Shown piece after piece: positions 63,001 through 64,000 of a stretch of DNA of 64,000 bases. Numbering within the stretch: position 1 is the stretch's first letter; the number at the start of each line of letters is the position of its first letter. The notes under the pieces are model-generated. The model saw nothing but the letters and a program-made list of their open reading frames with translations, was not told the DNA's origin and made no database searches. The DNA lies in the NCBI RefSeq assembly GCF_006345805.1, contig NC_043015.1:28768001-28832000 (forward strand), in the 5' to 3' direction. Source of the DNA: Octopus sinensis. Taxonomy: Eukaryota. The position numbers were made by a program, and so were the translations under genes.

Positions 63001-63408
63001 TGGCTTGTCCAAGAGAGATATGCAATATTCTGTATTGATAGTTTGACCATTTGGCAGGTATTTTATGAGGAGTACTTCTTTGTCCCTGAATACTGAAGCC
63101 GAACTCTTTCCAGCTGACTTCTGGGTCCGAAACTTCTTGGGACATGGTGAACCACTGCGGTACCGCTGCATCAATTGCTGTTTGGTTGGGGGATTACAAC
63201 AATGAAGAAAGGTTTCATATTTGGTGACTAAAGGAGCCATAAAATCAGCCTCCCCCGCTGCAAACCAGTCCAAAATCATCTTTGATGCCGTCACTCTGAT
63301 GCACTTCTGATCTGCATTCAGACATTTCGGAACCCATTTTGCAGAAAGCTTTCTCATGTCCAGAATGTTGTGGATGATGTGGCCAACTCTTTCGCAAGAA
63401 ATCTCCAG

Positions 63409-63805
63409 GCGCAGGAGTGGCTGTGTGGTAAGTAGCGTCTCTGCCAACCACATGGTTCCGGGTTCAGTCCCACTGCGTGGCACCTTGGGCAAGTGTCTTC
63501 TACTATAGCCTCGGGCCAACCAAAGCCTTGTGAGTGGATTTGGTAGACGGAAACTGAAAGAAGCCTGTTGTATATATGTATATATATGCATGTGTGTGTT
63601 CTTGTGTCTGTGTTTGTCCCCCTAGCATTGTTTGACAACCGATGCTGGTGTGTTTATGTCCCCGTTACTTAGCGGTTCGGCAAAAGAGACCGTTAGAATA
63701 AGTACTGGGCTTACAAAAGAATAAGTCCCGGGGTCGATTTGCTCGACTAAAGGCAGTGCTCCAGCATGGCCACAGTCAAATGACTGAAACAAGTAAAAGA
63801 GTAAG
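63409..63805 (+). mobile_element. Young SINE family A inserted in the mariner HTH
   Basis: Transposase frame resumes on both sides (GAG ACT | CTG GAG on minus strand). Confidence 0.85.
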
Positions 63806-64000
63806 AGTCTCAGCTATTTCTTTAGCTGAAATCTAGCACTCCTTGAGAATCCTGACGTATGTGTGTGCATGCATGTCTTAATATGTATTTTTGCAAAACT
63901 ACACTGGTTGTAAATGATGGCACCACTATTTACAGCCTAACTGCAAATAGGGGGCTGTAGACAGTTCCTCTGATATTTCTTGCCAACATATCATGTGTTG

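Larger units (their letters stand above)
61704..63850 (-). pseudogene. Decayed mariner transposon split by a minisatellite and a SINE
   Basis: ISAKEIAET-[SINE]-LEISCERV...WVPKCL...SAGKSSASVF...LLDK-[array]-GKLSHGALLLQDNTPAH...SPDLASS...LKKHLKR; terminus TA|TGAGGTGGGTGCTGAAAAGTT at 61704. Confidence 0.85.

Noticed and set aside
61956-63046. MAQLSTAPWLSFPQHHGSAFHST-repeat ORFs as a real gene, or the 23-bp array as CRISPR
   Set aside because: Contiguous tandem units without spacers; derived from the antisense strand of the mariner; no evidence of expression

Overview
Eukaryotic, very repeat-rich genomic DNA. The SINE repertoire and microsatellite density suggest an Octopus genome; this is an inference, with no database check. 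The only protein-coding gene I can support is the 3' part of SKP2 (F-box/LRR substrate receptor of SCF): four + strand exons at 14-112, 1940-2067, 3119-3278 and 5986-6181 splice in frame to a stop. The remaining ~58 kb consists of several tRNA-derived SINE families, RTE- and CR1-type LINE remnants, Penelope-like fragments, hAT/Merlin-type MITEs, two Helitrons, decayed mariner and Tigger copies, a probable solo LTR, long micro/minisatellites and one 100-N gap. Nearly all long ORFs in the supplied track are low-complexity or SINE artefacts. The most interesting signals are: (1) three short repeat families carrying the same minimal hammerhead-ribozyme-like fold, one fused to a tRNA head and the others sitting in (TA)n tracts; (2) a ~41-copy 23-bp minisatellite born from a mariner transposase coding segment; (3) a circularly permuted SINE and a SINE dimer that share one tail-to-head junction; (4) recurrent fold-back inverted duplications; (5) motif-dense candidate regulatory islands and orphan exon-like segments hinting at an unannotated transcript. 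Repeat boundaries are read by eye and are approximate unless a TSD/TIR is quoted.
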